Source: an uncultured Acidobacteriota bacterium
Lineage (GTDB): Bacteria; Acidobacteriota; Thermoanaerobaculia; UBA5066; Gp7-AA6
Length of the DNA stretch: 64,000 nucleotides
NCBI GenBank assembly: GCA_963775725.1
Contig: CAVZKA010000002.1
Location: 293,004-357,003, forward strand
Reading direction: 5' to 3'
Shown here piece after piece: positions 1 through 8,810 of the stretch (position 1 is the first letter of the stretch; each line of letters opens with the position of its first letter). Both the position numbers and the translations under genes were made by a program. The notes under the pieces are model-generated. The model saw only the letters and a program-made list of their open reading frames with translations. It did no database searches and had not been told where the DNA came from.

Positions 1-217
1 CAAAACGGGTGAAATCGATCCGCTCGATCAGCGCGCGCGCCTCGTCCGTGATCGCGAGCGAGGGAAAGAGGCCATTCGCGACGAGGATCACGGCGGACGC
101 CACGAGGCCGCCGAGGAGCAGTCCGATCGTGGGAGGAAGTCGGAAGACGTAACTGTTGATGAAGCTGAAGGTCGCCGCCGCAAGGATCAAAAAAGCAATA
201 GTCTCGAGTACGCGCAT
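1..217 (-). CDS. Na+/H+ (cation:proton) antiporter, CPA1/NhaP-like, N-terminal part; gene runs off the window edge
   Basis: Reverse-strand translation from ATG at 217: MRVLETIAFLILAAATFSFINSYVFRLPPTIGLLLGGLVASAVILVANGLFPSL..., a typical first TM helices of NhaP/CPA1 antiporters. There is no stop before the window edge. Confidence 0.45.
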   Translation of the reverse strand, partial: MRVLETIAFLILAAATFSFINSYVFRLPPTIGLLLGGLVASAVILVANGLFPSLAITDEARALIERIDFTRF

Positions 218-452
218 ATCGCAGCCGGGAGCAGGATACGTCAGCAGGACGGCCGGGCCATGTTCTCCTCGAAGATCCTCCAGGGCGACGGGACGCCGGC
301 GGAAGACTTCGAGCGGGTTGCCGAGCGCGGGCCGGCTGCCGAGGACTTCGAGGCGGTGTACTCCACGGAATTGTCCGTGTCGTTGTCCGGAAAAAGAAAG
401 AGGCCCCGAGCGGGGCCTCCCTGGGACAGGGGCTTACGCCCGTTCCGTAACC

Positions 453-749
453 TTACGCGCGCGCGTACGAAACGGCGTTCTCGTAGGTCTCGATCGTCGG
501 ATTCCCCTCGATGACGGTCGTGAGCTTGGCGAGAACCTGCGGATAGGTCGCCGTCTCGTAGGTGTCGGCGTTCTTGCGGTTGTCCCAGAGGCTGATGGCG
601 TGGGCGCCCTTGGGATTGATCAGAGTCATTTCCTCGAGAAAACCGGTCTGCTTCCGAAGCATCGGAAGGACGTCCTTCTCGAACAGGCCGGCGAACTCCT
701 GCTCTTTGCCGCTCTTGATCTTGAAGTGGACGTTGCGTGCGAATCTCAT
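453..749 (-). CDS. ABM/Dabb-like (antibiotic biosynthesis monooxygenase fold) small protein
   Basis: 98-aa ORF with non-GC-biased composition and an ABM-like length and pattern (MRFARNVHFKIKSGKEQEF...TVIEGNPTIETYENA). Confidence 0.5.
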   Translation of the reverse strand: MRFARNVHFKIKSGKEQEFAGLFEKDVLPMLRKQTGFLEEMTLINPKGAHAISLWDNRKNADTYETATYPQVLAKLTTVIEGNPTIETYENAVSYARA

Positions 750-1128
750 GACGGAATCTCCTGAGTCCTTGAGAGGGTTGGCCTTCGCCGGGAGTCCCCC
801 GACCTCGAAGGAAGGTCGGCGACGACAAGGTTCCGGGGCCGACTGGTTCTTTGAAGGACCTTCACCTTATCACAATGAAGAATCCAGGTTGGTGGAGGCG
901 GCGGGAGGCCTCCGAGGCGGGCGTCCCGTCCGGGCAGCGATCGCTCGATCGCATGGTTTTCATCGAATCAAACGATCGATGGCGGGCGCGTGAAAGCGCT
1001 ACGCTCGCGTCGTAGGTCGTGCATCGTAGGCGGTCAGGCCAGAGCAAGAAGGAAGAAAAATAATGCGAGTGAGACCCGGCGAATCGGGAACGGTCTTTGC
1101 ATCACGGGGAGTTGCAGGAGGTAACCTC

Positions 1129-3378
1129 TTGAAAGTCAACCGACGCGCACTCGCTGCGCTGCTCGCCGCCGCCGTCGCCGGGGGGATTGCGCTCGCGCAG
1201 GATTATGGCGCTCCGAATGAGGCGATCCCGGACAACGACATCCGTCAGACCGTGGCGCGTCTGGCGTACGTCTCGGGCAACGTCTCGTTCGCCCGCGGCG
1301 ACGATCCCGACCAGTGGCAGCCCGCCAACCCGAACGTCCCGATGACCCTCGGCGACCGGGTGTGGACCGCCGGCGGGCGCGTGGAGCTCCAGATCCACGG
1401 CGGCAACGTGATCCGTCTGGCCAAATCCACCGACCTGACCGCGCTGAACCTGACGGAAGACACGCAGCAGTTCTCGGTCTCCGCCGGCGTGGCGTCGTTC
1501 CAGATCCGGCGGCTCGGCGACGACGACGTCTTCGAGGTCGATACGCCCAACGCCGCAATCACGTTCGAGCGCGAGGGGGACTACCGGATCGACGTCCGCG
1601 AGGGCGGCGACACGCGCCTGCAGGTGCGGCGCGGCCGCGCGATCGTCGCCTCGGGCGGCGGCCAGGTCCCGCTAGGCGCCGGCGACGCGATCCTCATCGA
1701 GGGCCAGGAGCCCCCGCGCTACGACATGATGGCGGTCGCTCCTCCGGACGGCTGGGACCGCTGGGTGGCGGATCGCGGCGCGCGCTTTGCCAACGTACGG
1801 TCTTACAAGTACGTGTCCCCCGACATCGCGGGCGTCGAAGACCTCGACCGCAACGGGAACTGGCGACAGGTCCCGAACTACGGATGGTGCTGGACGCCGA
1901 CCGCGGTCGCCGCGGGGTGGCAACCCTATCGCGCCGGCCGCTGGATCTGGCAGGACCCATGGGGATGGACCTGGGTCTCGACCGAGCGCTGGGGCTGGGC
2001 TCCGTACCACTACGGGCGCTGGGTGACGTGGCGCTCGGGCTGGTACTGGGTCCCGGTCGCCCCGCGGGCATCGGTCGTCGTGTACAGTCCCGCGCTCGTC
2101 GCGTTCGTCGGGGGAGGGCCGGGATTTTCGGTCTCGGTCGGCGGCGGGGGGACCGACTACGTCGGGTGGTTTCCGCTGGCTCCGCGCGAGCCGCTCAACC
2201 CCTGGTGGGGCCGGCCGGCCGTCAACGTGAACGTCACGAACGTGACGAACGTGACGTACGTCAACCGGACCTACGTGACCGTCGTCAATCAGCATACCTT
2301 CGTCACGAGCCGCGTCGTCACGAACAACTACGTCCGCGACCGCGCGATCGTGGCCCGCGTCGAGCGCGCGCCCGTCGTGCGGGGCGCCGTCCCGATCGTG
2401 CCGACGAACGAATCGATCCGCGCCGCGACGCGCCAGGCGCCCGCGGCCCGCCCGCCGGCTTCGGCCGTTTCGCGATCCGTCGTCACGCGCTCGGCGCCCC
2501 CGCCGGCGCCGCCCCGGTTCGACCAGAAGGTCGCCGTCATCCGCGAGAACGGCGGGCGTCCCGTCACGGCCGCCGAGGCAACGGCACTCTCGACGCGCGA
2601 CAACCGCGCGATGCAGCCCGTGCGCGCCGTGCGCCCGGCGGCCGCGGAGGCCGGCCGCGTCACGCTTGCTCCCAAGACGGAAAAGAGCGGCGCGCCGAAG
2701 CCCGAGCCCGTGGCTCCCAATCGCGGGCGGACCCTGGCCACCAGGGAGCAGCCGGTGGCTCCCGCGCGCCCGGCGCCGGCGTCCCCTCGGCCCCAGGCCC
2801 CCGAGCGTCCGGCCGCGGAGCCTTCGCAGCCGCAGGAGCGGCCGGCGGCCCCGGGCCGTCCGCAGACCATGGAGCGGCCGACGCAGCCCCCGCAGAAGCC
2901 CCCCTCCGAGGCGCAGCCCGAAACCCGCGAGAGGTCGGTGACGCAGGCGCGCCCGCCCATGCAACAGCATCCGCAGGTCCAGCACCCGGCGGCACAGGTT
3001 TCCCCGAGACAACAGGCCTCCCCGAGAGAGGCGATGGAACGGCGTCCCGCCGAGCGGCCGACCGCCCGTCCGGCTCCGCCGCCGCAGAAGCTCCAGCCCG
3101 AGAGCCGGGCGACATCGAGCGATCGGCCGGCCAGCGCGCCCGCGCAGAAGTCCGAGCCTCGCCCGGCCGCCCGGCCGACGCCGCACGCGCCCACCCATGC
3201 CCAGCCCGATCGCAGCCAATCCGACCACGGCCAGTCGCGCGTGACACCGGAGCCACGCCAGGCCAGACCGGCCCCGCCCGCCGCATCCGCCGCACCCGAC
3301 CACGGGCAAAAGCAATCGGGCCGGCCTGTCCCGACGAGAACTCCGAAGAAGGACGACAAGCAAGGCCATGACCGCTGA
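1129..3378 (+). CDS. Secreted FecR-domain protein with Trp-rich (YGRW/WGW) middle region and long Pro/Ala/Gln-rich disordered C-terminal tail
   Basis: TTG start at 1129 with SD GCAGGAGG 8 nt upstream, followed by a signal-like N-terminus (KVNRRALAALLAAAVAGGIALA). There is a FecR-like beta-sandwich segment, then W-rich repeats (WGWTWVSTERWGWAPYHYGRWVTWRSGWYWVP) reminiscent of DUF6600-type proteins, an NVTNVTNVT tandem repeat, and a roughly 330-aa P/A/Q/R-rich tail. The alternate-frame ORFs over the same DNA are GC artefacts. Confidence 0.6.
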   Translation: MKVNRRALAALLAAAVAGGIALAQDYGAPNEAIPDNDIRQTVARLAYVSGNVSFARGDDPDQWQPANPNVPMTLGDRVWTAGGRVELQIHGGNVIRLAKSTDLTALNLTEDTQQFSVSAGVASFQIRRLGDDDVFEVDTPNAAITFEREGDYRIDVREGGDTRLQVRRGRAIVASGGGQVPLGAGDAILIEGQEPPRYDMMAVAPPDGWDRWVADRGARFANVRSYKYVSPDIAGVEDLDRNGNWRQVPNYGWCWTPTAVAAGWQPYRAGRWIWQDPWGWTWVSTERWGWAPYHYGRWVTWRSGWYWVPVAPRASVVVYSPALVAFVGGGPGFSVSVGGGGTDYVGWFPLAPREPLNPWWGRPAVNVNVTNVTNVTYVNRTYVTVVNQHTFVTSRVVTNNYVRDRAIVARVERAPVVRGAVPIVPTNESIRAATRQAPAARPPASAVSRSVVTRSAPPPAPPRFDQKVAVIRENGGRPVTAAEATALSTRDNRAMQPVRAVRPAAAEAGRVTLAPKTEKSGAPKPEPVAPNRGRTLATREQPVAPARPAPASPRPQAPERPAAEPSQPQERPAAPGRPQTMERPTQPPQKPPSEAQPETRERSVTQARPPMQQHPQVQHPAAQVSPRQQASPREAMERRPAERPTARPAPPPQKLQPESRATSSDRPASAPAQKSEPRPAARPTPHAPTHAQPDRSQSDHGQSRVTPEPRQARPAPPAASAAPDHGQKQSGRPVPTRTPKKDDKQGHDR

Positions 3379-3466
3379 CGGGCAGTCTTCGTCTCCTCGT
3401 CTCCCGTCTGACCGGAGGTAGAGTCCAACTTGGTCACGAAGAAGGGGAGCGGGGAAAAACGACGGT

Positions 3467-4570
3467 ATGACCGCACAGATCAGGGCAGCGTCCGCGAATG
3501 CCCCCCCATCGGGCATTTCGCTCCCGGTGTTCACCCCGCCCGCGGGTCCAACGGCCTCCCTGCCTCGCCGTCTCGTCCTCGTCGCTGCAGCAGGTCTCGC
3601 CTGGCTGCTTCTCTACGCGAGCCTCCCGTCGGTCGCCGGCTGGATCACGCACCGGCTCTTCGGTCTGCCGCCCACGGGCCACCTGTCGGAGGCGGTCGAG
3701 TTCTTCACCTACGACGCCCCCAAGGTGTTTCTCCTGCTCGTCGCAGTCGTCTATGCAGTCGGGATCGTCCACACCTTCGTGACGCCTGAGAGGACGCGCA
3801 TCCTCCTCGCTGGCAGGCGTGGGGCGGCCGGCTACCCGCTCGCCGCCGCGCTCGGCGTCGTGACCCCGTTTTGCTCGTGCTCGGCGGTGCCGCTTTTCAT
3901 CGGATTCGTCACGGCGGGCATTCCGCTGGGCGTCACGTTTACGTTTCTGGTCGCAGCGCCCATGGTCAACGAGGTCGCGCTCGTCCTGCTCCTGGGGCTC
4001 TTCGGCTGGAAGGTTGCCAGCTTGTACCTGGTGACCGGCCTCGCGGTCGCGACGATCGCCGGAGCCGTCATCGGGCGGCTCCGCATGGAGGATTCCGTGG
4101 AAGAGTGGGTCTTAGCGGCGCGTGCGAAGTTCGAACTGCCGGGCCGCACACCGACATGGGCGCAGCGCCTCGGCGAGGCGGTCACGTCGGTACGCGATGT
4201 CGTCGGGAACGTCTGGCTCTACCTCGTCGCCGGCATCGCGGTCGGAGCCCTCATCCACGGCTACGTCCCGACAGACTTCATGGCATCGTTCATGGGCCGG
4301 TCCTCGTGGTGGGCCGTGCCGCTCGCCGTGGTCATCGGCATCCCGATCTACTCGAACGCGGCAGGCGTCATACCGGTCGTCCAGGCGCTCCTCGCAAAGG
4401 GGGCTGCGCTCGGGACGGTGCTCGCCTTCATGATGGCCGTGATCGGGCTGTCACTGCCCGAGACGATCCTCCTCCGAAAGGTCTTGAAGCGTCGGCTCAT
4501 CGCCGTGTTCCTCGGCGTCGTCGCCACGGGAATCCTTCTCGTCGGCTACCTTTTCAACGCCATCCTCTGA
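3467..4570 (+). CDS. arsP: ArsP-like permease (DUF318 / COG0701 family, TPFCSCS motif)
   Basis: 367-aa polytopic membrane protein with the conserved vicinal-Cys motif VTPFCSCSAVPLF characteristic of organoarsenical efflux permease ArsP and putative-permease DUF318. Confidence 0.6.
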   Translation: MTAQIRAASANAPPSGISLPVFTPPAGPTASLPRRLVLVAAAGLAWLLLYASLPSVAGWITHRLFGLPPTGHLSEAVEFFTYDAPKVFLLLVAVVYAVGIVHTFVTPERTRILLAGRRGAAGYPLAAALGVVTPFCSCSAVPLFIGFVTAGIPLGVTFTFLVAAPMVNEVALVLLLGLFGWKVASLYLVTGLAVATIAGAVIGRLRMEDSVEEWVLAARAKFELPGRTPTWAQRLGEAVTSVRDVVGNVWLYLVAGIAVGALIHGYVPTDFMASFMGRSSWWAVPLAVVIGIPIYSNAAGVIPVVQALLAKGAALGTVLAFMMAVIGLSLPETILLRKVLKRRLIAVFLGVVATGILLVGYLFNAIL

Positions 4571-4581
4571 TCCCGGTCCAA

Positions 4582-4845
4582 GTGGAGGCACTCATTCCAG
4601 ACCGCGTTCGCAGGATCGAAATCCTCGGGCCCGGCTGCAGCCGGTGCAAAGAGACGTACCGCATCGTGCAGCAGGTAGTGACAGAAGCCGGTGCGGCTAT
4701 CGAAGTGACGAAAGACGATTCGATAGAACGAATGGTCGACGTTGGACTCCTGGCGACTCCCGGCGTCGTCGTGGATGGGACGGTGGTGCTGTCGGGCCGC
4801 GTTCCGAAGGCCGAGGAAGTGCGCAAGCTCCTGGGGCTCGGATGA
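4582..4845 (+). CDS. Thioredoxin-fold 'redox-active disulfide protein 2' family small protein (CxxC)
   Basis: In-frame GTG at 4582 lies immediately after the arsP stop. The product is ...IEILGPGCSRCKETYRIVQQVVTEAGAAIEVTKDD...GVVVDGTVVLSGRVPKAEEVRKLLGLG, which matches the TIGR00412-type small thioredoxins commonly paired with DUF318 permeases. The exact start is uncertain. Confidence 0.6.
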   Translation: MEALIPDRVRRIEILGPGCSRCKETYRIVQQVVTEAGAAIEVTKDDSIERMVDVGLLATPGVVVDGTVVLSGRVPKAEEVRKLLGLG

Positions 4846-4952
4846 CGAAGGGTGTTTTTCCCCGTGCATCGTGAACTCCCGCCTCGCCAGGTGGCTGAGG
4901 GTCTTGCGATCGCGGCAGTTGGCGGCCGAACGGGCGGATTGCCCTGTGCCTG

Positions 4953-7445
4953 TCACTCGGTGCGAAGAGCCTCCATGACGTCGATGCGCGCCGCGCGCGC
5001 GGCCGGCACCGAGGCCGCGACGACCGCGGCCGTCAGCAGCACGAACGCAGAAAGGACCACGGGCAGGACGCCCGGCATCTTCACGGCGAAGAAATAGCTG
5101 CTCGCCAAACGCGCCAGCACGAACCCGAATGCCGCGCCTGCGACGACGCCCGCCGCCGCCATCAACGCGCCCTCTGCCATCACCCCCTCGAGAAGTCGTT
5201 GCGGCTCCGATCCGAGGGCCAGCCGGATGCCGAATTCCCGCGTCCGCGCGCTGACCGAAAACGCCAGCACTCCCGCCACGCCCACTACGGCGATCGCCAG
5301 CGCGACCGCCGCGAATACGCCGAACACCAGCGAGTTCAAACGGTCCGGTGTGAGCACTTCTGCCCGGATGTCCGCGAGAGTGGCGGCGTGCTCGACGGGC
5401 TGATCGGCCGACATGGCGCGGATGATGCGCGTGACCGATGGAACCAGCTCGTAGGGATTTGCCCCGGTGTGGATGAAGAGGCGGCCGCCAAAGAGCGGGC
5501 CCTCGTCGAAGGGGCTGTAGATGCTGAGCGTGGGCTCGGGGACGAGGTGTCCGTCGTCGATGTCGGCCATGACACCGATGATGCGGTGCGGCGCGACGAG
5601 GCGCGATTTCTCGAGGTCGGTCCCTTCGAAGAATTGCAGCACGGGATCCGTCCAATAGACATGCCGATTGATCGGATCCTGATCGGGGAACATGCGCTTT
5701 GCGAGCGTCGCGCTGACGATGACGACGGGCTCCTGGTCGTTCCGGTCATCCAGCGCGTTGAAATCGCGGCCGGCAACGACCGGAACGCCGAGCGCCGCGA
5801 AAAATCCGGGGGAGACGACACGCCACTGCGCTCGGGGATCCTCGACGCCGGCGGCATGGACGTGTCCGTCGGCCGAAAATTGGAAGCCGTAGCCGGCATC
5901 GCGCCAGGGAACCACGTTGCCGAACGCGGTCTCAATCACGCCCGGCAGGGCGTCAACGCGGCGGATCGCTTCTTTGTAGAAGCCGACGACCTGCTGAGGT
6001 GTCTTCCCATGGGACATGGCCGGCACATCGATCGCGAGGACGTGCTGCGTGTCCAGACCCGTCTGCGTCCGTTGCAGCGCAATCAGCGTTGCGATCAACG
6101 CGCTTGCGCCGGCCAGCAACACGAACGACGCGGCGATCTGTGCCACCGCGAAGATCCGCTGGCGGCGGTTCGTGCTGCCGGTCATGCGCGCGCTCCCGCC
6201 GGACAGGGTCAGTCCACCCGGCGCGCCGGAAGAGGGCAGGCGGGGGACGAAGGCGAGAATCACCGCCGCGAGGACGGCAAGCGCCGCTCCGACCCAGAGC
6301 AGGCTCGCATCGACTCGGAAATCGAGAGCACGGACGGAGAAACGGGAAGCGTAGCGGGCCAGGATGGCCGCCAGCGGCTGCGCGCTCAGGACGCCGATCG
6401 CGGCGCCGGCGCCGCAGAGCAGGAGGCTTTCGGCCAAGAGCATGCGGCGCAGCGCGCCTTCGCTTGCGCCCAGGGCCACGCGCACCGCCAGCTCGCCCTC
6501 GCGACGGACCGTGCGGGCGAGGATCAAATTCGCGACGTTGGAGCACGCGATGATGAAGAGCAGCCCGGAGGCCGCGAGCAGCACCAGCAGCACGGTCCGG
6601 GCGCCCGCCGTGATCTGGTCACGGAGCAGCTTCACCCCGATCTGAAAGTCCGCTTCGCGCGCATAGGCTTCGGGATGGTCCTTCTTCATCGCGGAGTAGG
6701 CGGAGTGCAGCTCCGCTCGGGCCTGATCGAGAGTGGCTCCGGGAGCGAGACGGCCGAAGAGCTCGGTCATGCGATGGATGCGGCCGGTGACCATGGTCGC
6801 GGACAGGTGGTGCGGGCTGGTGACGATGTTGGCGATGATTTCCGTATCGAGGGGATACGGGACGCACGGCTCGAGAACGCCGATGACCGTCGCAGAGCGA
6901 TCGCCGATGCTGCCGAGGCGGACGGTCTTGCCGATGACGGAAGGGTCCTTGTGAAAAGCGGTCGCCCAGAAACGGTATGTGAGAACGACGACGCCGGCCG
7001 CCCTGGGATCGTCGTCTGCGGGCCCGATGAGGCGGCCGAGCACGGGACGAAGGCCCATCACGTCGAAGTACGTGCCGTTGACGACGCCGCCTCGAATCGA
7101 CCGGGGCTCACCGAGGCCGATCATGGTGAAGTCCATTTCGGAGAAGTCGCCCGACGCGCTGAGCGTCTTCATGCTCGCGCGCAGGTCCTGGATCTCGGGT
7201 ACGGAGAACGTCACGTTGTCGTTGCGGAGGCCGGGGGCGCTCTGGCGGATGTAGATCAGCCGGTCCTCGTCGCGGTTGACGAGAGGCTTGAGAAGGACTC
7301 CGCGCACGAGCGTGAAAATGGCGGCGTTCGCGCCGATGCCGAGCGAGAGCGTGAGAACGACGGCGATCGCCAGCCCCGGAGTCCGAATCAACGAGCGAGC
7401 GGCAACTCTCAGATCGCGAAAGAACGACAGCGTGACCGCCCTCAT
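4953..7445 (-). CDS. ADOP-family ABC transporter permease (MacB/FtsX-like, duplicated permease domains)
   Basis: Internal Met start (MRAVTLSFFRDLRVAARSLIRTPGLAIAVVLTLSLGIGANAAIFT...) with an N-terminal TM, a large periplasmic MacB-like domain and two FtsX-type 4-TM bundles. The family is typical of Acidobacteria. The ORF upstream of this Met is Arg-rich junk. Confidence 0.8.
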   Translation of the reverse strand: MRAVTLSFFRDLRVAARSLIRTPGLAIAVVLTLSLGIGANAAIFTLVRGVLLKPLVNRDEDRLIYIRQSAPGLRNDNVTFSVPEIQDLRASMKTLSASGDFSEMDFTMIGLGEPRSIRGGVVNGTYFDVMGLRPVLGRLIGPADDDPRAAGVVVLTYRFWATAFHKDPSVIGKTVRLGSIGDRSATVIGVLEPCVPYPLDTEIIANIVTSPHHLSATMVTGRIHRMTELFGRLAPGATLDQARAELHSAYSAMKKDHPEAYAREADFQIGVKLLRDQITAGARTVLLVLLAASGLLFIIACSNVANLILARTVRREGELAVRVALGASEGALRRMLLAESLLLCGAGAAIGVLSAQPLAAILARYASRFSVRALDFRVDASLLWVGAALAVLAAVILAFVPRLPSSGAPGGLTLSGGSARMTGSTNRRQRIFAVAQIAASFVLLAGASALIATLIALQRTQTGLDTQHVLAIDVPAMSHGKTPQQVVGFYKEAIRRVDALPGVIETAFGNVVPWRDAGYGFQFSADGHVHAAGVEDPRAQWRVVSPGFFAALGVPVVAGRDFNALDDRNDQEPVVIVSATLAKRMFPDQDPINRHVYWTDPVLQFFEGTDLEKSRLVAPHRIIGVMADIDDGHLVPEPTLSIYSPFDEGPLFGGRLFIHTGANPYELVPSVTRIIRAMSADQPVEHAATLADIRAEVLTPDRLNSLVFGVFAAVALAIAVVGVAGVLAFSVSARTREFGIRLALGSEPQRLLEGVMAEGALMAAAGVVAGAAFGFVLARLASSYFFAVKMPGVLPVVLSAFVLLTAAVVAASVPAARAARIDVMEALRTE

Positions 7446-7846
7446 CGCGCGGCCGCCGTTCGCCGCCGCCGTTCGCTCTCCCTCATCATTTCGCCGATGT
7501 CTGCGGCCGGACGTATCTCGATCGTTCCGCAGTTCAACTTCACTCCCGGAGATCGGGCGATGAGCTGAATGGCGTGATTCAAATCTCGCGCTTCCAGCAC
7601 CTGGATTCCCCCCAGTTGCTCCTTCGTTTCCGCGTACGGACCGTCCGTCACTGCGACGCTTCCGTTCGACCAGGACACGGTCACCGCCGTGTTGGCGGGC
7701 TGAAGAGGTTCCTGGGCGACGAGATGTCCGTTCTCGCGCAGTTCGTCGTTGTACCGAAAACACTCGTCCAGCACGGTGGCGCGCTCGCTCTCGGGCATGT
7801 TCTCGAATTTGCCGGGCTCGAGATAGCCCAAACAGATGTATTTCAT
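7442..7846 (-). CDS. DGPF/YciI-like domain protein (paralog 1)
   Basis: Begins MKYICLGYLEPGKF and carries the DGPF-type motif TDGPYAETKEQLGGIQVLEARDLNHA. It overlaps the ADOP start by 4 nt. Confidence 0.7.
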   Translation of the reverse strand: MKYICLGYLEPGKFENMPESERATVLDECFRYNDELRENGHLVAQEPLQPANTAVTVSWSNGSVAVTDGPYAETKEQLGGIQVLEARDLNHAIQLIARSPGVKLNCGTIEIRPAADIGEMMRESERRRRTAAAR

Positions 7847-7908
7847 TCGCTCCTCCACGACCCGACTCCGTCCGTTCTCACTCCTGTCGCCCGCCTTGCG
7901 TTGCGTGC

Positions 7909-8295
7909 TCAGCCCTGACCGATCCCGAGGATGTGCGGGTTGTCCTCCTCGGTGCGCTCGAGAAACGGGCGCACCTCGACCGGCGCCCGGCAGGCGAGGG
8001 CGCTCTTGCGCCCCCACTCGAGCGCCTCGTCCAGGTTCGCGGCTTTCAGAATCCAAAAGCCGCCGACGTGCTCCTTGGTCTCCAGATACGGCCCGTCGGT
8101 GGTGAGCACCTTGCCATCGGGCTGCGCCCGCAGGCATTTCGCGCTGCCGGGCGCGGAGAAGCCGGCGCCGAAGATCCTGGCACCCTTGGCTTCCATCTCT
8201 TCGTTGAGCACGTCGATGTCGCGGATCATCGCTTCGGTCACCGTGGACGGGTCGAAATCGTCGGGTTGCTGAACCGCGATCAGAAAGAGCGGCAT
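7909..8295 (-). CDS. DGPF/YciI-like domain protein (paralog 2)
   Basis: MPLFLIAVQQPDDFDPS...TDGPYLETKEHVGGFWILKAANLDEALEW; internal Met start inferred by alignment to the neighbouring paralogs. Confidence 0.7.
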   Translation of the reverse strand: MPLFLIAVQQPDDFDPSTVTEAMIRDIDVLNEEMEAKGARIFGAGFSAPGSAKCLRAQPDGKVLTTDGPYLETKEHVGGFWILKAANLDEALEWGRKSALACRAPVEVRPFLERTEEDNPHILGIGQG

Positions 8296-8359
8296 GATTC
8301 CTCCTTGCTTCCTCTGACTTGAGGGAGCCCGTGGCGCTCGCTTGCGCGGGCGCCCGGAC

Positions 8360-8704
8360 TTATTCGTTGTACCTGACGATCTCGCGCACCTCGGCCCCAC
8401 CGAGGAAGACACCCTTGCGCGCCCACACGAGCGCCTCGTCCATGTTCGCGGTTTTCAGAACCAGGAAACCGCCGACGTGTTCCTTGGTCTCCATGTACGG
8501 CCCGTCGGTGACGACCACTTTTCCACCGGGCTGCGCCCGCAGAGACTTCGCGCCGCTGGCCGGGGAGAGGCCGAGACCCAGGACCCGGACACCGGCAGCC
8601 TCCATCTCGTCGTTGAGGACGCCCATGTCGCGGATCATCGCTTCGGTCACTTTGGACGGGTCGAAGTTGTCGGGAATGAAACCGGTGACCAGGTAGTGCG
8701 GCAT
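8360..8704 (-). CDS. DGPF/YciI-like domain protein (paralog 3)
   Basis: MPHYLVTGFIPDNFDPSKVTEAMIRDMGVLNDEMEAAGVRVLGLGLSPASGAKSLRAQPGGKVVVTDGPYMETKEHVGGFLVLKTANMDEALVWARK; about 60% identical to paralog 2. Confidence 0.7.
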   Translation of the reverse strand: MPHYLVTGFIPDNFDPSKVTEAMIRDMGVLNDEMEAAGVRVLGLGLSPASGAKSLRAQPGGKVVVTDGPYMETKEHVGGFLVLKTANMDEALVWARKGVFLGGAEVREIVRYNE

Positions 8705-8810
8705 GATTTTTTCCTTTTCCTTTCCCTTACGGTCCCTGGGGCCGGGGGTTCGCCCCGCCTTCACGACATTGACGAACGGGACCTGCCGGATTTCGACAGT
8801 CGAGTCTCTT

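Noticed and set aside
2215-2260. Tandem 9-bp repeat (gtgacgaac ×3-4) checked as a possible CRISPR or VNTR.
   Set aside because: It is in-frame coding (NVTNVTNVT) within the FecR-like gene, has no spacers, and is far too short for a CRISPR array. It is noted as a possible length-variable repeat.
1314-3534. Long ORFs in alternate and antisense frames over the FecR-like gene (1314-3371 +, 1672-3534 -, 2328-3476 -).
   Set aside because: Their translations are Arg/Gly/Ala/Pro-rich with no domain logic. This is typical of out-of-frame translation of about 70% GC coding DNA, and the frame-1 product carries the recognisable domains.
5199-7568. 789-aa ORF antisense to the ADOP permease, and a similar ORF (8703-10340) antisense to the sigma factor.
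   Set aside because: Arg/Asp/Gly-rich low-complexity translations with no recognisable motifs, while the opposite strand encodes clear family members.
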